From positions 19,287 to 83,286 of the forward strand of contig JAUCBJ010005361.1 in the NCBI GenBank assembly GCA_032718475.1: a DNA stretch of 64,000 nt, read 5' to 3'. This DNA is from Nemertoderma westbladi. Taxonomy: Eukaryota > Animalia > Xenacoelomorpha. A program made the translations under genes and the position numbers. The notes under the pieces were generated by a model. The model was not told the origin of the DNA. It ran no database searches and was given only the letters and a program-made list of their open reading frames with translations. Below are positions 61,759 to 64,000 of this stretch, piece by piece; position 1 is the stretch's first letter, and every line of letters begins with the position of its first letter.

Positions 61759-64000
61759 TTTTATGACATCAGAACAACAATGTATTAGACATATTTAATA
61801 AAAAACTATGAGTAAAAATAATTTGCCTCAAGTAGTTGTAATGAATATTATACAAGAACAAAAGGTTATTTATCACACTATTTACAATGACTGATTATAA
61901 ATTAATACAGAATTTCTTTAATTCGGTTAATTCTAATTCTTTAAACGTCATTATGAAGTAACACGTCATTAAAACACAGCAATAAGTTATATAATTAGCA
62001 ATGTTGGCAAGATACTGAAATTCGGGATTGAATTAGTTTGGCTCTGACTTAGAAGAGTAAACCAATGACATATAACGAGATAGGCCTAATTATAATTTAT
62101 TAGAGCAGAATCATTTTGCTTGGGCCCTTGGTTTGCTTGACCTTACATGTGGTAATGATGAAATATTTGTTGTTGAGCTGCGCAGAATACAATGAGAATG
62201 AATTCTGTCTGTTGTGTAGTAGACATTCGACAGACAACCAATTGGTTAATACCATGACGTGCGTGATCCAGAACCATGCTTTTTGATAAATAGACTAGCC
62301 AATAGCCATAAATAGGCTAGACTCAGTCAAAAAGTTGCTATCTTGCTAACGTTCTTCTTGGTCTGTGTTGTAATTTGTTGGAATCAAGATGTTCATGGGG
62401 GATGGAGGCTCTGCAGAAAGAAGAGGTATTTTGTAGGTTTGTCACTTCAGTGGTGCAATGGAATCGTCAATCAAGGCATTATCAGGCACAATAATTTAAA
62501 AATGTAATAACAAAATACATTATTTGGTGTATTTAACCTGGGGCTGAGTCCACCCACCACCTAGTGATGTGGATTCTGTTGATGTAATGCCACCTGCTGA
62601 TAAGGATGTCTGTAGCTGGGATAAAATCACATAAATTGATTCCAGGGGGTCGTCTCGTATGCACCAGATCAGATTAGATATAAACTAATTGGATCATAAA
62701 TCAGTACGAATTCGAACTACAGTTAGCACAGACTAATTGTTTTATGCACCAATGTAGCACATTCTAATCTGTAATAGATTGAGGTAACCTCCCTGTCAGA
62801 CTGTGCGGGCTGGGCCTAATGCGGTCTGTTCCTGTTGTAATGGGTCCTGCTGTAATAAATAAAGTGAAACTGTAATGATAGTTCATTTAAGGTGTGGATG
62901 TTGACATTATTGTAGGCCCACAGCTGGTGTATTTCAGTTCATACGTCGATACGTCTACATTATTCTGCTTCTCGCCATTGGAGCCGATAGAACAGTCCCG
63001 AGAATAACGCCGACGTCCACTATAGCTGTTTATAGAACATCGTTATTGCCATTATCTGCTAAATTTTAATACCCTTTCGCGCAGTACGAGTGCGCAGTAT
63101 GCTTAAGTCTGAGTGTTGAAATATCGGAGTTTCGGGACATAGTGGGCTCAGTCTCGGGTCGGGTCTGAGTATCGGGTCCACTGCATCTGCACAAGTAAAA
63201 AGGGCTAAAATGGTTATAAAGTATTACGAAAATACACATAAATACTAGTTGCTAGACCAAAATGCGTCTTTAAAACAAGCAAATAAAAAGTAATAATTTA
63301 AAATTTACAGTTGAGACAGTTAGAGCACAAAGTGTAATTAGTACAAAGAATAAAGAGTAAAAATATTAAAATTTAGTGAATATTAAAAAAGTAACCATGT
63401 GTAAATTCAAAACTTAGGAACAAGCTAAAAAAAATGTGATAAACATATTTGAACTGACTGTAGGACTGGCAGTTTGGAGCTATCTGAAAAGGAAATTGAG
63501 GCTAAAGAAGGTTTCTTGTGTTTGTTGCTGAATTATTGGATGCAATCGATGACATTGGTCACTGTCAATTTAAACTGAAATATAATTGAATTAAAACAAC
63601 AACCTGAAAATCGTGAAACGAAGTGTGAAGATTTGTCCTCTCCAGACCTGCTAAATAAAAATAACCCCCGTTGGATCGGTGGGGAAATTAAAAAAACCGG
63701 CAAGTCGAAAAAACGCCGACGAATCTATTCGAGTTCTAAAGATTCTGATAATGATAATTCCGAGAATTAAAATATATTGTCGTAGGATTGAAATCGAATC
63801 CGATGGGAGTTCTAGTTCTATTTCTACTCGCAAAGAAAATAAACAAGAAAAAAGATAAAATAAAAAACTCAAAGTTACATGGATGAATATGGCGACAATA
63901 AGACCCATGGTATAACATATCCTTGTTTAAATTAACCTAAAGCTGTAGTTTCTCCTCGCCTCACTAAACTGAAGGTTTTCTCTGTATAACTTCCGAGTAA

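Overview
AT-rich, intron-containing animal (invertebrate-like) genomic DNA dominated by transposable elements; the taxon cannot be fixed from this window. 1-11.3 kb holds two nested BEL/Pao LTR elements that both encode Gag + aspartic protease but no RT or integrase. The inner one (1499-9037, minus strand, 560-bp near-identical LTRs, 5-bp TSD AAAAC) has no tRNA primer-binding site. In its place are three tandem 'LTR-end + 9-mer' modules complementary to the predicted 5' end of its own transcript, a candidate self-priming system and the top finding. It also has a 12-unit hairpin array in its 3' UTR. The middle of the window holds a duplicated single-exon 7TM receptor (one intact, one frameshifted), RTE and CR1/L2-group LINEs (one with a 2A StopGo motif + PHD finger), Harbinger, pogo-like, Penelope-like and Gypsy relics, a minimal hammerhead ribozyme, and micro/minisatellites. 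50.5-61.8 kb is a multi-exon minus-strand cadherin-related gene with a CDHR3/4-like tail. It is interrupted beside a splice acceptor by an 8-bp-TSD DNA element that itself carries a CsRn1-clade Gypsy. All calls were made by eye, with no database searches or folding software.
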